Assembly: GCA_958296135.2 (NCBI GenBank)
Contig: CATQHZ020000001.1
Coordinates: 2,464,001-2,528,000, forward strand
Source: an uncultured Poribacteria bacterium
GTDB lineage: Bacteria > Poribacteria > WGA-4E > WGA-3G
Length of the DNA stretch: 64,000 nucleotides
Reading direction: 5' to 3'
Position numbers and translations under genes: made by a program. Positions within the stretch are counted from its first letter, which is position 1; the number at the start of each line of letters is the position of its first letter. The notes beneath the pieces are model-generated. The model ran no database searches and was not told the DNA's origin. It worked only from the letters and a program-made list of their open reading frames with translations. This document shows, in pieces, positions 19,846 through 30,665 of this stretch.

Positions 19846-21090
19846 TTACGGAATCGGCCATCCCGGTGTCGGTTCCGCGCGGAGTGCCTCAAGTTCATAC
19901 AACTCATCGACGGTAATTTCGCGGCCGAGTTTTGCGGACAATAGCGCGCCGCTCATAATCTCCGTGACTTTCAAACCGACATCGCCGTTGCTGACAGGTT
20001 GCGCCTCGCTGTTACAAGCATTGAGGAAATCGAGGAACTTGTCCGGAAAATCCTTATCCGGCAGTTCCAACGGCGTTTCCACGAGTTCGCCCTGATAACG
20101 GCGGCGATTCCCCTGCGCATTAGTACCCCACGTCCCCTTTTCAAGGAAGAGGGCATCGTTGCTGAACGCACCCTTGGAACCGAAGATAAAGATACCTTGC
20201 GGCTGCCCGCTCATATTGCTAGCCCAGCCGTTTTCATACGTAAACGACATGCCGTTGGTAAAACGGACAAACACCGAGGCGTGCTCCTCAACATCGTTAA
20301 TCTCCTCACCGGTGTACTCTGGTAACATGCCGCGATAGGCGACACCGCTAATCGTGGCAGGCTGCGGCGAACCGAGCAGATAAATGGAACGGTTGATGAG
20401 GTAGACACCCGTGTCATAGATGGTGCCGCCGCCGCTGTAAACCGAATTGAGAAACCATCTGCCGAACCCAAACATATCTACATTTGGGCGGCCGCGCGTG
20501 CGGTAACTAGTCAGTCTGCCGTAGTAGACATCGCCAAGTTTGCCGCTAGTAATGTAGTCCCTGATAGCGTAACTCCCCGGGTCGAGGCAGGTACCACCGC
20601 TCTGGTAAGCAAGTTTCACGCCTGCCTTATCGCACGCGTCGCGCATGTTCCTCGCCTCTGTCGCCGTGCGCGCCATCGGTTTCTCGCAGAAAACATGCTT
20701 ACCGGCATTTGCCGCCGCTACAGTGGCAGGTTCGTGGACAAACGGCGGCGCGGCGATGCTGATAGCATCAAGCTCACAGTCCCGCAACATCTCGTTGTAG
20801 TCACTGAAGATTTTGACACCGTTGTCCTGATATTCAGCCAAGCGCGCACTTCGTGCAGTGAGCTGCGCACGTGCTTCGGCGGTATCCGCCTTTTCTACCG
20901 CCTCTTTTGCGGATGCAGCGCGTGCCGCCGCACTAGAAAGCACCTCTGCATGCCGGCGTTGCGCGTTCGCATCCACCGTATCACAGACAGCGACGATTTC
21001 CGCGTGCTCAGGATGCGCGAGGTAGCCGTTGATATGTGAACCGGATATCATGCCGCACCCAATCAGTCCGATCTTGATGCGTTTCGCCAT
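19846..21090 (-). CDS. Gfo/Idh/MocA family oxidoreductase
   Basis: GLIGCGMI, HVFCEKP, GGGTIYD. Confidence 0.9.
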   Translation of the reverse strand: MAKRIKIGLIGCGMISGSHINGYLAHPEHAEIVAVCDTVDANAQRRHAEVLSSAAARAASAKEAVEKADTAEARAQLTARSARLAEYQDNGVKIFSDYNEMLRDCELDAISIAAPPFVHEPATVAAANAGKHVFCEKPMARTATEARNMRDACDKAGVKLAYQSGGTCLDPGSYAIRDYITSGKLGDVYYGRLTSYRTRGRPNVDMFGFGRWFLNSVYSGGGTIYDTGVYLINRSIYLLGSPQPATISGVAYRGMLPEYTGEEINDVEEHASVFVRFTNGMSFTYENGWASNMSGQPQGIFIFGSKGAFSNDALFLEKGTWGTNAQGNRRRYQGELVETPLELPDKDFPDKFLDFLNACNSEAQPVSNGDVGLKVTEIMSGALLSAKLGREITVDELYELEALRAEPTPGWPIP

Positions 21091-21146
21091 GGTAATGCTC
21101 CTATTGTCATTGAACTCCGATGGAGTTCAGATGATTCGCCCCCGTT

Positions 21147-21812
21147 TTACAGATGCCCGGTTGGGGTACGTCCCACCCCCACTTTAACGTGGGTATCTGC
21201 CAACTGCGCTTGAACGTGTTCAATGCACTCCTGGAGATTCTTGAACGGCGAGCGCGGATAGGACTCGATGCTGAAACCCAGGTCATTCTCGCCGAAGGTT
21301 ACCATATCCACGCCCGGTTTTGCCAACTTGCGAACGTTAATGACAGCATCCACCGACTCGATTTGCAAAATGAGGATACCGTTATTGTTCCACCACTCGG
21401 CGTATTCCAAGCGGCCCATGCCGCGCTGAATGCCACAGCCGTTGCTCGGCCCCCAACTTCGTTTGCCGATTTGCGGATAGTAGAAAGCATCGACTGCCTC
21501 ATCCACCGTTTCCACTCTCTCCACTTGCGGAACGACAATCGCGAGCGGCCCTAAATCCAGCAGATTGCCGATGAGATACGCGTGGCGCGTATGTTTAATC
21601 CGGAGCTGCACGCCAACACCGAGGGCCGCCGCCATCTTGCAGTACTCCACGAGCTGCACCTCGTCCGCGGCCGCATGCTGATGGTCTGCCCCGATAAGCG
21701 CGTAGTCATCTCCGCTGAGAACGGCCGCCATCTCGTCTTGAGTGCAACCGAACGGAACACCGCCGGCGATTTTGATTGCCTCTTTATTGCGAATTCGCTG
21801 TTTCAAAGACAT
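21147..21812 (-). CDS. HpcH/HpaI aldolase family protein
   Basis: YPQIGKRSWG, QIES, GENDL. Confidence 0.8.
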   Translation of the reverse strand: MSLKQRIRNKEAIKIAGGVPFGCTQDEMAAVLSGDDYALIGADHQHAAADEVQLVEYCKMAAALGVGVQLRIKHTRHAYLIGNLLDLGPLAIVVPQVERVETVDEAVDAFYYPQIGKRSWGPSNGCGIQRGMGRLEYAEWWNNNGILILQIESVDAVINVRKLAKPGVDMVTFGENDLGFSIESYPRSPFKNLQECIEHVQAQLADTHVKVGVGRTPTGHL

Positions 21813-21843
21813 CGGGCTCTCCTCCAGAATTGATATGACATTT

Positions 21844-21871
21844 ATTATAGCGATTTTTGGTTTTTTGTCAA
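21844..21871 (-). promoter_or_regulatory. Sigma-70 promoter TTGACA-N16-TATAAT
   Basis: Consensus hexamers upstream of the aldolase gene. Confidence 0.65.
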
Positions 21872-21913
21872 GTTTTTTAACTATTCGCATATTTTGCACC
21901 AAAGGAGGCACCC

Positions 21914-22098
21914 CTCTCCCCGGTAGGAAAGCCCTCCCGGTCTCGATGCAGGAGAAACTCTCCCCGGTAGGAAAGCCCTCCCGCGTCTCGATGCAGGAGA
22001 AACTCTCCCCGGTAGGAAAGCCCTCCCGCGTCTCGATGCAGGAAAGCCCTCCCAGTCTCAATGCCCCCCGTATCGGGACAAGGATGTCCCTCCTACCG
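21914..22098. repeat. Tandem array of 44-45 bp REP units (3 plus a partial unit) and one inverted REP
   Basis: ctctccccggtaggaaagccctcccg(c)gtctcgatgcaggagaaa repeated; atcgggacaaggatgtccctcctac at the end. Confidence 0.9.
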
Positions 22099-22211
22099 AC
22101 GGATCCCAAAAGGGACAACTAAATCGTCCTGAAAAACCAACCCAACGCTTGAAAATTTTCCGAAATTTTGATATACTATATAACAATCACGACGGTAGGG
22201 GAAAAGAACGC

Positions 22212-23039
22212 ATGCACACTATCCATTCCACTTTGACAGAGGAGGAAAAGTGGTATTTCGATTTACACGGCTTTCTCGTCTTGCGGGCTGTCATTCCGAA
22301 AGACGAAGTCGCGGAGATGTTAAAAGTGCTTCGGCACTGGCTAACAATTGACGAGGCAGTCCTCCCGCCGCCGTTAAAACGGAGCCGACAGGAGCCGTGT
22401 AAAACACACATCGATCACGTCCAATACGGACATCCATTGTTTGAAAAACTCGCGATGCATCCTGACATCATGCGGGTTGTGGCGGGGTTAACGATGAACG
22501 CGCCGCGCTTATTCCACTGCAATTTCACGATGATGACGAAGCACGATTCACCGCAGCACTTCCATCGCGATGACAGCGGGTTTAAATTCCCACCGGGCTT
22601 CCGCAATCCGCACAACGATTATCAGGCCGCCGCGGGGCATATCTACTGTAGCCACATCGCAACGTGGGTTGCACTCGTAGATGTGCCGCCGGGCACCGGC
22701 TTTTGTCTTGTCCCCGGCAGTCATAAATCCCAGTTTCCGACACCGGCGGACTTGCCCGTGAAACACGCGCCGCCGACATCCATAACGCTGCCGATGAACG
22801 CAGGCGATGTCGCAATCTTCTCAACGAACCTGCTCCACGATGCAAGCCCGTGGACAGAAAACTCCCCGCGCATGAATATCTTTCAACGCTACCAACTGAG
22901 TGCCTATTTCAATGAGACAGGCAAGAGCGGCTATCCGCTTGACGAGCATCGCGATAAAATCTCGGCGGCACAATATGAGTTGGAATCGCTCTCGAAAGAG
23001 GTGAAAGTAGCGGTAAAACGCATTTTGCCAGAACCGTAA
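22212..23039 (+). CDS. Phytanoyl-CoA dioxygenase (PhyH) family protein
   Basis: GFLVLR, HRD, VPGSHK, distal H. Confidence 0.88.
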   Translation: MHTIHSTLTEEEKWYFDLHGFLVLRAVIPKDEVAEMLKVLRHWLTIDEAVLPPPLKRSRQEPCKTHIDHVQYGHPLFEKLAMHPDIMRVVAGLTMNAPRLFHCNFTMMTKHDSPQHFHRDDSGFKFPPGFRNPHNDYQAAAGHIYCSHIATWVALVDVPPGTGFCLVPGSHKSQFPTPADLPVKHAPPTSITLPMNAGDVAIFSTNLLHDASPWTENSPRMNIFQRYQLSAYFNETGKSGYPLDEHRDKISAAQYELESLSKEVKVAVKRILPEP

Positions 23040-23054
23040 AAACCGGAGGTAGAC

Positions 23055-23819
23055 ATGAGCTTAAACGAACACGTATGTATTATCACAGGCGGCGGCAGCG
23101 GCATCGGCCGCGGTGCCGCCATCAGACTGGCACAAGACGGTGCCACCGTTGCCATTGCAGGCAGAACAGCAGCGAAGTTAGATGCTGTCACAGCTGAAAT
23201 CGAGGCAGCAGGCGGCACCGCCGCAGCCTATACCCTCGATGTGGCAGACCACGCCGCTGTGCAAAAAATGGTAAACGATGTGCTTGAGAAATTCGGCCGC
23301 ATCGATGTATTGGTAAACAACGCCGGGCACAGTTCGCTGCATCGGCGGCTCCTCAATACCACACCCGAAGAGGTACGCTCGGTCATCGATTCAAACCTCA
23401 TCGGCACATTTTTCTGCACACAGGCAGTCGTGCCAGCGATGCTGAAAGCGAAAGCGGGAACAATCATCAACATCTCATCGCTCGCGGCGGTTACGCCGGG
23501 GCCGTTTAGCGGGTTTCCGTATGGCGCAGCGAAGGCGGCGGTTATCAACTTCACAGAATATCTCAACACCGATTTGAGAAACACCGGCATCCGCGCGAGC
23601 GTCATCATCCCGGGCGAAGTAGCCACGCCGATTCTGGACAATCGCCCAGTCCCGCCGGGTGCGGAAGCACGCAAACTGATGGTAGATGTCGACGAAACAT
23701 CCGCGGCGATTCACCTCATCGCGTCGCTACCGCAGCGGAGCAACATCCCCGAACTGGTTATTCGTCCGACGATGCACCGGAGCACGGAAGGCGAACTCGT
23801 TCAGTCTAATGAACCTTAG
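23055..23819 (+). CDS. SDR family oxidoreductase
   Basis: TGGGSGIG, NNAG, YGAAK. Confidence 0.95.
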   Translation: MSLNEHVCIITGGGSGIGRGAAIRLAQDGATVAIAGRTAAKLDAVTAEIEAAGGTAAAYTLDVADHAAVQKMVNDVLEKFGRIDVLVNNAGHSSLHRRLLNTTPEEVRSVIDSNLIGTFFCTQAVVPAMLKAKAGTIINISSLAAVTPGPFSGFPYGAAKAAVINFTEYLNTDLRNTGIRASVIIPGEVATPILDNRPVPPGAEARKLMVDVDETSAAIHLIASLPQRSNIPELVIRPTMHRSTEGELVQSNEP

Positions 23820-23879
23820 GGCATCGCCATCAGGATAGCGTATCATGCCCAGAACGTCGCGCCTACTGAGACATCGCGC

Positions 23880-24884
23880 CTATCGGTAAATCGACGTTTC
23901 AGGGTGATACCTTGCCCAAGCAAACCAATAAATATTGACAGCGGGCAAACGCCCCAAACGCTCGCCGCTGCGTTTGCCCACCATCGCTTCACCGGTGATG
24001 AGATTCCATTGCGCCCCGGAGCCATCTTGGGCAAAATAACCGTTTTCATCCGCACCTTTTTGCATCTCAAAGGTTAGGACAGCATCGCCCACGCTCCGCG
24101 CGAAGACAGCCGTCGCAAATGAGGTTTTGTCGTGAAAGATGAGGAGCGGCACACCGCCAACGTTGTCGTTGATTAACGAGGTGTCCGCGAACAGCGTGAG
24201 AGGATAGGCGCGATAATGTTTATCCGCGACCTGAACGCCGATGACGAGTGACTTGTTGGGAAGCCTATCATCGGTGTAGGCCATGCCGCTCACGCCCGCG
24301 CGTTGACTCGCGTGGTAGTCTGCGTACACATCTCGAATTTTCCCTTCCTTTGAGCGGACAGAAAGTACGCGCGTTTCCGGATAGTTTGTCTTCCATGTCT
24401 TCCACGCAATCTGTGGCATGGAGGCGAGCATCTTTAACCGCTTGCCTTTGAGAGGCCCCCGAATCGCCTCCCCCGTAATGTGCGACCAGAGGGAACGGGT
24501 GCCGTGGTCATACATTAAGAGCGCGTCTCGCCACAACTTGCCGCTAACCCCGAAAATGTAGGTTTTTCCATCAAGTTCTCGACTATACACGATAGCCGTT
24601 TTGCAAAGCGGTCACCATGTCGTAGCAATTTTCTTTCCACCGACAACATCGTTGACAATTTCGTGCCCGTTGAGCAGATAGAGCGAATAGGCGCGGCTTT
24701 CGCCGTTAACTGCCACACCGATGACAGGTGCATCGGATGCCAACTTCGCTTCATCGGCAGACACAAATTGCGGCTCGGTGATGGCGGGAATGGCATCGAA
24801 GGGGAGCAGCGTCCGAACCGGGTCTTCGGCATCAGCAACGGCCGCAAAAAGTAGCAATGAGAGGATAAGAAGGTAATTTTTCAT
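23880..24884 (-). CDS. DUF3179 domain selenoprotein (in-frame TGA = Sec, UPLC motif)
   Basis: ORFs 24612-24884 and 23880-24590 are in the same frame, joined by ACA TGG TGA CCG CTT TGC (TW-U-PLC); DAIPAI, HEIVND, GVSGKL, YWFAW; signal peptide. Confidence 0.85.
24580..24598 (-). promoter_or_regulatory. Candidate bacterial SECIS hairpin
   Basis: CGGCTAT-CGTGT-ATAGTCG stem-loop starting 13 nt after the UGA. Confidence 0.6.
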
Positions 24885-24966
24885 GATTAGACGAATGCCA
24901 ACTGTAGGCTATCTCCTTTATCTATCTGTTTTGCTGCAGCGGGTGGCGGCTCGAAATTAGTGACGA

Positions 24967-25209
24967 GTGCCTCTAACATCGGCTTTCTATTCAATTTATG
25001 AGCAGGACGGCAACACCCAAATGCTAGCAGACTCCATGCAAAATGTGGTAGAAGCGCAAGGCAATATCGGAGAACTTGCAAAGCAGGCCCTGGATGTCCT
25101 CTCAGAACTAGGCGGGCATCCCCGCTTGGTGCCCTCCGTTGCCGATGACTACATCAACTCATACACGGCTGACATGCTTTCGATAGAACTTGTGAAGAGC
25201 GCGGTTTAA
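24967..25209 (+). pseudogene. Remnant of an addiction-module antidote protein (HI1420-like)
   Basis: EQDGNTQML...VVEAQGNIGELAK resembles the family, but the HTH appears truncated. Confidence 0.35.
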
Positions 25210-27836
25210 ACCTCATCCGCCGAGGCCACGACGCGATAATCCACGTCAAGCGCATCGCGGAAATGGCGTTCGCCACATCGGATTTTTCGCGACTCATCGA
25301 GACGGAGTTGCGATGCATCTGCTGTCCCCTTCGTCTCGCGCACCAAGTAAAGCTTCTCACCGCTGGGAACACCGAACGCATCGCGCTCCTCCTTCACGAT
25401 AGCCCAATCCGGATTGTAGTCCCCGATGGGTGTCGGTACAATGAAAAAAGCGGGCAACTTGAGATAGCACCTGATGTCCTCGCGCTGCTCTAAGCCTTCA
25501 ACGAATACCCGTTCAACCTCCGAATCGTATATCACCGCATCATAGACGGAACGCGAAGCAGGCACCATGCAGTCCTTCCAACTCTCCAACTCGCAGTCTA
25601 ATTGGCGCATTTCATACACTTCGCCAATTTGCTCGTATGTTATGCCATCAATGAGCTGCTGCGTAATCTTCTCCCTGATAAACCCAACCGCAACTTTGGC
25701 AAATTCGGAAGGGGTGTCTATTGCTGCCTGCTGATTTCGGGTGCGTTTCAGAATCTGCAGCAGGGTGCGCCGCGTCAATCTCATCGCCGGAGTCGTATGC
25801 GTCAACCGATGCTCCATGTAACCGACGACGTTTGCACCCCCAGGCACCCGATACGTAAAACTTCCCTCCCCAGTGTGCTGAACAGAGAAGCTATCCTCTT
25901 CATCTGCGACTACGCGGCCCCTGCCGATGCTGATCTGCGGCAGTTCGATCTTGGCATTATCCAACGCCGCCACAACCTCGGAGATGAGTGCCTCTGTGTC
26001 AACCTCCACCTTATATCGCGTCTTGTGTTTGATCCGTTCCCAGAGTTCCTTGAACGCCGGCGTGAGCAGCATCTCCTTGTTCGGCCGCACAACACCGCGT
26101 TCGCGGGCATTCTGCGGTTTCAGCGCATTAACTGCACTCCCGAATTCCTCCGCGACCTCGGTTTGCAACTGCCTGACGTAACTGGCGTAACTATCGTTGG
26201 CAACGACGGTGAGCAAATTAAGCTGCCCATCATGCACCCGTTTTCCATCCTGATTAACAGCAAGGCGCACGCCCCGGCCAATCTCCTGCCGTTTCTTCAT
26301 CTCCGAAGCAGTCTGGTTGAGCGTGCAGAGCTGGAAAACGTTCGGACTATCCCACCCCTCGCGAAGCGCAGAATGCGAGAAGATAAAGCACGTCGGTTCG
26401 TCAAAGGACAACAGCCGCTCCTTGTCTTTCATGATCAGTTGATACGCCTCCGCGTCGCGCTGCGCCTCCCCCGTTTTGCTATCCTCGTAGACAGCCTTGC
26501 CACCCTTCTTGCTTTGGGCGAAGTAGGCGGCTTGCACATCCGCCGAGCGTTTGTCCCGCCACGCCGCATAGCGCGCCTCCTGCTTCAACTCGTTGAAACA
26601 TTTGTCAAACAACACGCGGATAACCCCATCTTCATCGGCGTAGTTGCTGACTTTATCAATGAAAAAGAGAGATAACACCTTGATACCGTGCGGCTTGAGG
26701 CGCGCCTGTTTCCGAAAATGTTCCTCTATCGTATAGCGGATTTGCGCCTCAAACATCGCGGTTTTGTCGGCACCGCGCGATTCTCCCTCCTTTATTTCCA
26801 CGCCGTTTTCAAAAGTGACAACGCCCCAACCCAGTTCAATCTCCCTGACGCGGTAGCCTTCATACGCCAGCAGATTGGTTTTCACAGACAAATCGTCACC
26901 CGGCTTGACGGTAAGCGTGGTGGGCTTTACCGTGCCGCTCTTCTGCAGCTTATGCACGGCGAGTCTCGCTGTCACGCTGCTTTTTCGGCTTTGGAGGCTT
27001 TTCACCTCAACGAAAGCGCGACTCGCCTCCGCGCTCGCCTCAAAACCAGCCACCTCTATCTGTTTTACCAATCCCTGCCGATATGCATCGTAAGGCGTTA
27101 AACGGTAAACGCGGTTGTAAGCCTTCCGATGCGTGGCACTATACCGCAAGGCGAATAGGGGTGATAAGGACGAGAGAGACTCAACACTCAAATCGCTTTC
27201 CATCCGCTGCGGTTCGTCTAAGATGAGAATCGGGCGCGCCGCTTGGATAAGGTGAATCGGCGTCTCCCCTTGCAACCGGTCGGTGCTTTGACGAATGACG
27301 TTGGATGCCTTGTTGAACGAGGCAAGCGTCATCACCATAATCTCCACGCTGCCAGACAAGGCAAATTGCCGGACCTGGGAGAGATTTGCGGAATCGTAAA
27401 CGCAATAGCGGTAGGGCAAATTCTGATACAAGTTCCTGAAATGCGCCTCCGTCATCTGGAGGGTTTTCAGCACACCTTCCCGAATCGCCACTGACGGCAC
27501 AACAACGATGAACTTCCGCATCCCATACTGCTGAAAGAGCTCCAGCACGGTGCGCAGATAGATGTAGGTTTTCCCAGTGCCGGTTTCCATCTCTACAGAA
27601 AAGTTTAGAAACCCAGTAGGCGCGACCTCCCGGTCGCGATTATCTACTACAACCTGTGCAAGGTTACGGTAAATCTGTTCATCGCCCAGGTCCAGCCGAT
27701 TGGGAATAGCAGCGAAGTTGGTATCGCCGCTGAATTGGAGGTTCGCCTGCACGCGGCTTTGTCCTTCAAACAGTTTGACAACGGCATCGATCGCATCGCG
27801 TTGATATGCCTGATTCGCATCAAATTCAAATCGCAT
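25206..27836 (-). CDS. res: Type III restriction-modification endonuclease subunit
   Basis: VEMETGTGKT, DEPQ, YSATH, HSALREGWD, QEIGRG, NPDWA...ETKG. Confidence 0.95.
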   Translation of the reverse strand: MRFEFDANQAYQRDAIDAVVKLFEGQSRVQANLQFSGDTNFAAIPNRLDLGDEQIYRNLAQVVVDNRDREVAPTGFLNFSVEMETGTGKTYIYLRTVLELFQQYGMRKFIVVVPSVAIREGVLKTLQMTEAHFRNLYQNLPYRYCVYDSANLSQVRQFALSGSVEIMVMTLASFNKASNVIRQSTDRLQGETPIHLIQAARPILILDEPQRMESDLSVESLSSLSPLFALRYSATHRKAYNRVYRLTPYDAYRQGLVKQIEVAGFEASAEASRAFVEVKSLQSRKSSVTARLAVHKLQKSGTVKPTTLTVKPGDDLSVKTNLLAYEGYRVREIELGWGVVTFENGVEIKEGESRGADKTAMFEAQIRYTIEEHFRKQARLKPHGIKVLSLFFIDKVSNYADEDGVIRVLFDKCFNELKQEARYAAWRDKRSADVQAAYFAQSKKGGKAVYEDSKTGEAQRDAEAYQLIMKDKERLLSFDEPTCFIFSHSALREGWDSPNVFQLCTLNQTASEMKKRQEIGRGVRLAVNQDGKRVHDGQLNLLTVVANDSYASYVRQLQTEVAEEFGSAVNALKPQNARERGVVRPNKEMLLTPAFKELWERIKHKTRYKVEVDTEALISEVVAALDNAKIELPQISIGRGRVVADEEDSFSVQHTGEGSFTYRVPGGANVVGYMEHRLTHTTPAMRLTRRTLLQILKRTRNQQAAIDTPSEFAKVAVGFIREKITQQLIDGITYEQIGEVYEMRQLDCELESWKDCMVPASRSVYDAVIYDSEVERVFVEGLEQREDIRCYLKLPAFFIVPTPIGDYNPDWAIVKEERDAFGVPSGEKLYLVRETKGTADASQLRLDESRKIRCGERHFRDALDVDYRVVASADEV

Positions 27837-27928
27837 TGGTTTTCCTTTGCTGACGCGCCCTTGGAACGTAGCGCGGGGGCCTGTCCCCCGCGATTGTGGC
27901 ACGACGAGGGACAGCCCCTCGCGCGCCC

Positions 27929-29763
27929 TCAAATCGTTTTGAGTCTGCATTGCAACGCAAGGTTCGCCGCAAGCGTATCGGTTAACGCAATATCCCGACA
28001 GATAAACACAGAATCCTTCGACAGCCCGAGGCACTCTACATCCCCCGGCACAAGTTCCGCATCCAAACAGACATAGAACATCTGCGAACCATCGGGCGCA
28101 GCGATGCGAAAAACCGTATTCGTCGCAAGGCCCGCAACGCGCGCAATTGTGCTATCAAGCGGGTATCCCTCTTTAAGCGCAACTTCATAAAGGACATCCT
28201 CTTCGCACCAACCCTCTCGGAGCGGATCGACGGTGCTTTCCAAGTGTGTGATATACGTTTGCGCGTCTTCGGCGAGGACATTGTCTTCTGTCCGATAGTT
28301 GGACTCGGCAAGTTTGAAGACGCGGAAGCCAGCGTTTTCCCGCTGACACACGCGACGGATTCGCTCCTTACCAATCTCGGCAATCGTCTCAAATCCCGCT
28401 TTGCGCGCATCCGACTTTTCCGGAGTAGGCTCTGGCAATTGCACCATGATAAATTGCCGCTCGCCTGAATCCTCCCGATTGAGTTCCAACACTGCCTCTG
28501 CTGTCGTGCAAGAGCCCGCGAAGAAATCCAAAATAATGGAATCTGCGGCAGTGCTGAACTGCAGGAGGTGTTTAATTAAACCCACCGGTTTGGGAAAATC
28601 AAAGATAAAAACATCGTCTCTCTCAAAAAGTTTACGAAGTTGTGCTGTGCCGTGGCTTGTTTGTTCCATATCCGTTAGCAAACTTCGCATCACTCTCGCA
28701 GAAGAATTCAGATAGTGCTTGTATTCTACCTGCCACTCTCCGTTGGAATTCCGCTTGAAAACAATCTTATTTTCCGCTTTCCATTGCCGAAAACGCGCCT
28801 CCGACCAGGCCCAGTATTTCACAACCTTCGACCCGTCCGGACACTCAATCTCATACCGACGACTTTCACGCTGATGCCGGAGCGGTGCCTCAAGACGGAA
28901 TGTTTTGTAGGGACCCAGCGTCGTGTAATACGCATCTCTCCCTTTGTATGCCGCCTGCTCTTTTTCCGTTAGTGGCCGCCTAAGTCTGCCCACTTCGTCT
29001 CGGCTTTTGGCATACATGAGGATATACTCATGATTCGTCGCGAGGTGCTTCATGTTATTCCCGCCGCCGCTATTCCTTTTCCAAATCAACTGTTGCATGA
29101 AATTCTCTTCGCCGAAAATCTCGTTCATCAGGAAGCGAAGATTATGCACCTCGCGGTCATCGATACTGACGAAGATCATGCCATCATCGGTAAGCAGCTG
29201 CCGCGCGAGGAAGAGACGCGGATACATCATGGATAACCACGCCGAGTGGTAGCGGCCACTACTCTCCGGATTGCTCGTCTGCAGATTGCCCTCGGCATCG
29301 ATCTGGCCCGACAATTGAAGGTAGGCATCCAACGGTTTCGCGTAGTCATCGGGGTAGACAAAGTCGCTGCCGGTGTTGTAAGGCGGATCGATGTAAACCG
29401 CCTTCACCCTACCGAAATAGGGTTTGTAAAGGAGTTTCAGCACCTCAAGGTTATCACCTTCAATGAAGAGGTTCGAGGGGCTGTCAAAACGGAGCGACTC
29501 GTCCCAGCACGGCTTGAGAGTAGCATCGGTGGGAACGCTGAGCAGGCGGATGGCATCGCGCTTGCCTGCCCAGTTGAAGTGGTACCTATCATTCGCGTTT
29601 ACCCCCCCCCTTCACCATCACAAATGTATAGTATATTCGCAAGTTTCCCCAGGTCCACTTCGCCTTCGGTGAGGCATTCTGGAAAGAGTTGCTTAAGTTT
29701 TCGGAGCCGCTCCTCGTTTGGAGAGGGTGTCGTTTTCGGAGTTTTATTAGTTTTCATTGGCAT
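27929..29763 (-). CDS. mod: Type III R-M methyltransferase subunit; out of frame at a G9 tract (phase-variable or pseudogene)
   Basis: N-terminus MPMK...LKQLFPECLTEGEVD stops at GGG GGG GGG TAA; the other frame continues RYHFNWAGK...IEGDNLEVLK...DPPY...DFFAGS. Confidence 0.9.
29602..29610 (-). repeat. G9 homopolymer at the mod frameshift
   Basis: Nine C on the + strand; G10 or G7 restores the frame. Confidence 0.85.
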
Positions 29764-30275
29764 TCTTCTCCAAGCCAACTTTCGTGTGCTTCGTCAAGCG
29801 AAGCGTTCAGTTCGCGCAATTTCGCGATAACCGGGGTCATTACGCCGTGCGGATCGGATTTGTTCCACGCCAGATAGGTGACGAGTGCATCAAGGCATAT
29901 CTGGGTTAACGGACACCCGACATTCGGATCCGGCTCGGTGAAACTTAAATCCGGCACATAACAGTCCCCGTTCTGGATGAGATGATGCCCCCGGATATCC
30001 TGCCATTCACTTGATGGACACAGCAGTTCCTTCGTTTTGTGTTCCATTTCCCGGAGCATCTCTAATTTTGAAAGAATCTCAACGACTGTTCCGACTTCTC
30101 CGCGCCTCAGATTATATTCAGGGATGTCCCGCGTCAGCGCGACGATATCAAGGAGTTCGATTTTCTTTTCGACACTTTCTCGTCCCGGACTGTATTGAGG
30201 CAATCCGTCCAGACACGCAACGTCACCGAAAAATTCGATGGGAGCAAGAGCTGGCTTGCAAGATGCTGCTTTCAC
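29754..30275 (-). CDS. Chimeric hypothetical ORF containing a DUF4926-like fragment
   Basis: IELLDIVALTRDIPEYNLRRGEVGTVVEIL fused to unrelated sequence. Confidence 0.4.
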   Translation of the reverse strand: MKAASCKPALAPIEFFGDVACLDGLPQYSPGRESVEKKIELLDIVALTRDIPEYNLRRGEVGTVVEILSKLEMLREMEHKTKELLCPSSEWQDIRGHHLIQNGDCYVPDLSFTEPDPNVGCPLTQICLDALVTYLAWNKSDPHGVMTPVIAKLRELNASLDEAHESWLGEECQ

Positions 30276-30287
30276 AACCTATTTCCT

Positions 30288-30665
30288 TTATATCTGAACC
30301 CAGTTGCCCCCGCGGCCCTTCGCGTCACGGGGCATTGAAACGTTGACATCTAAGCCACTGCGCCCGATGTACAAACTGGGGCCTTTGACAACGTAGTCAG
30401 TCACGTGCCCGCGGAGTCCAGCTGCCTCAGATTCATTCCACGATTTGGGCCGGGCGAAGGGCAAAATTTTGCGTAAAAACGGTTCAATCCGGGTGAGCAA
30501 CAAAATGTAGGCAACTCCGGAAAAAAGCACCGTAGTGAGGGTTGCTACCGTAGCGGAACATCCAAGGAAGTAGAGTATCGGATAACACGCCATCACCGGG
30601 ATGAGACACAGTAACAACCCAATTAGACGGAGCGTTTTCCGTTTAAGGATTTCTATCATGTTCAT
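30288..30665 (-). CDS. Hypothetical 2-TM membrane protein
   Basis: Two hydrophobic segments; overlaps the upstream ORF; RBS present. Confidence 0.6.
   Translation of the reverse strand: MNMIEILKRKTLRLIGLLLCLIPVMACYPILYFLGCSATVATLTTVLFSGVAYILLLTRIEPFLRKILPFARPKSWNESEAAGLRGHVTDYVVKGPSLYIGRSGLDVNVSMPRDAKGRGGNWVQI

Noticed and set aside
21914-22060. Possible CRISPR array
   Set aside because: Units are contiguous with no unique spacers, match dispersed REPs, and there are no cas genes
21813-22118. Repetitive N-terminal extension of the aldolase ORF
   Set aside because: It is a translation of the REP array; a promoter and RBS support the start at 21812
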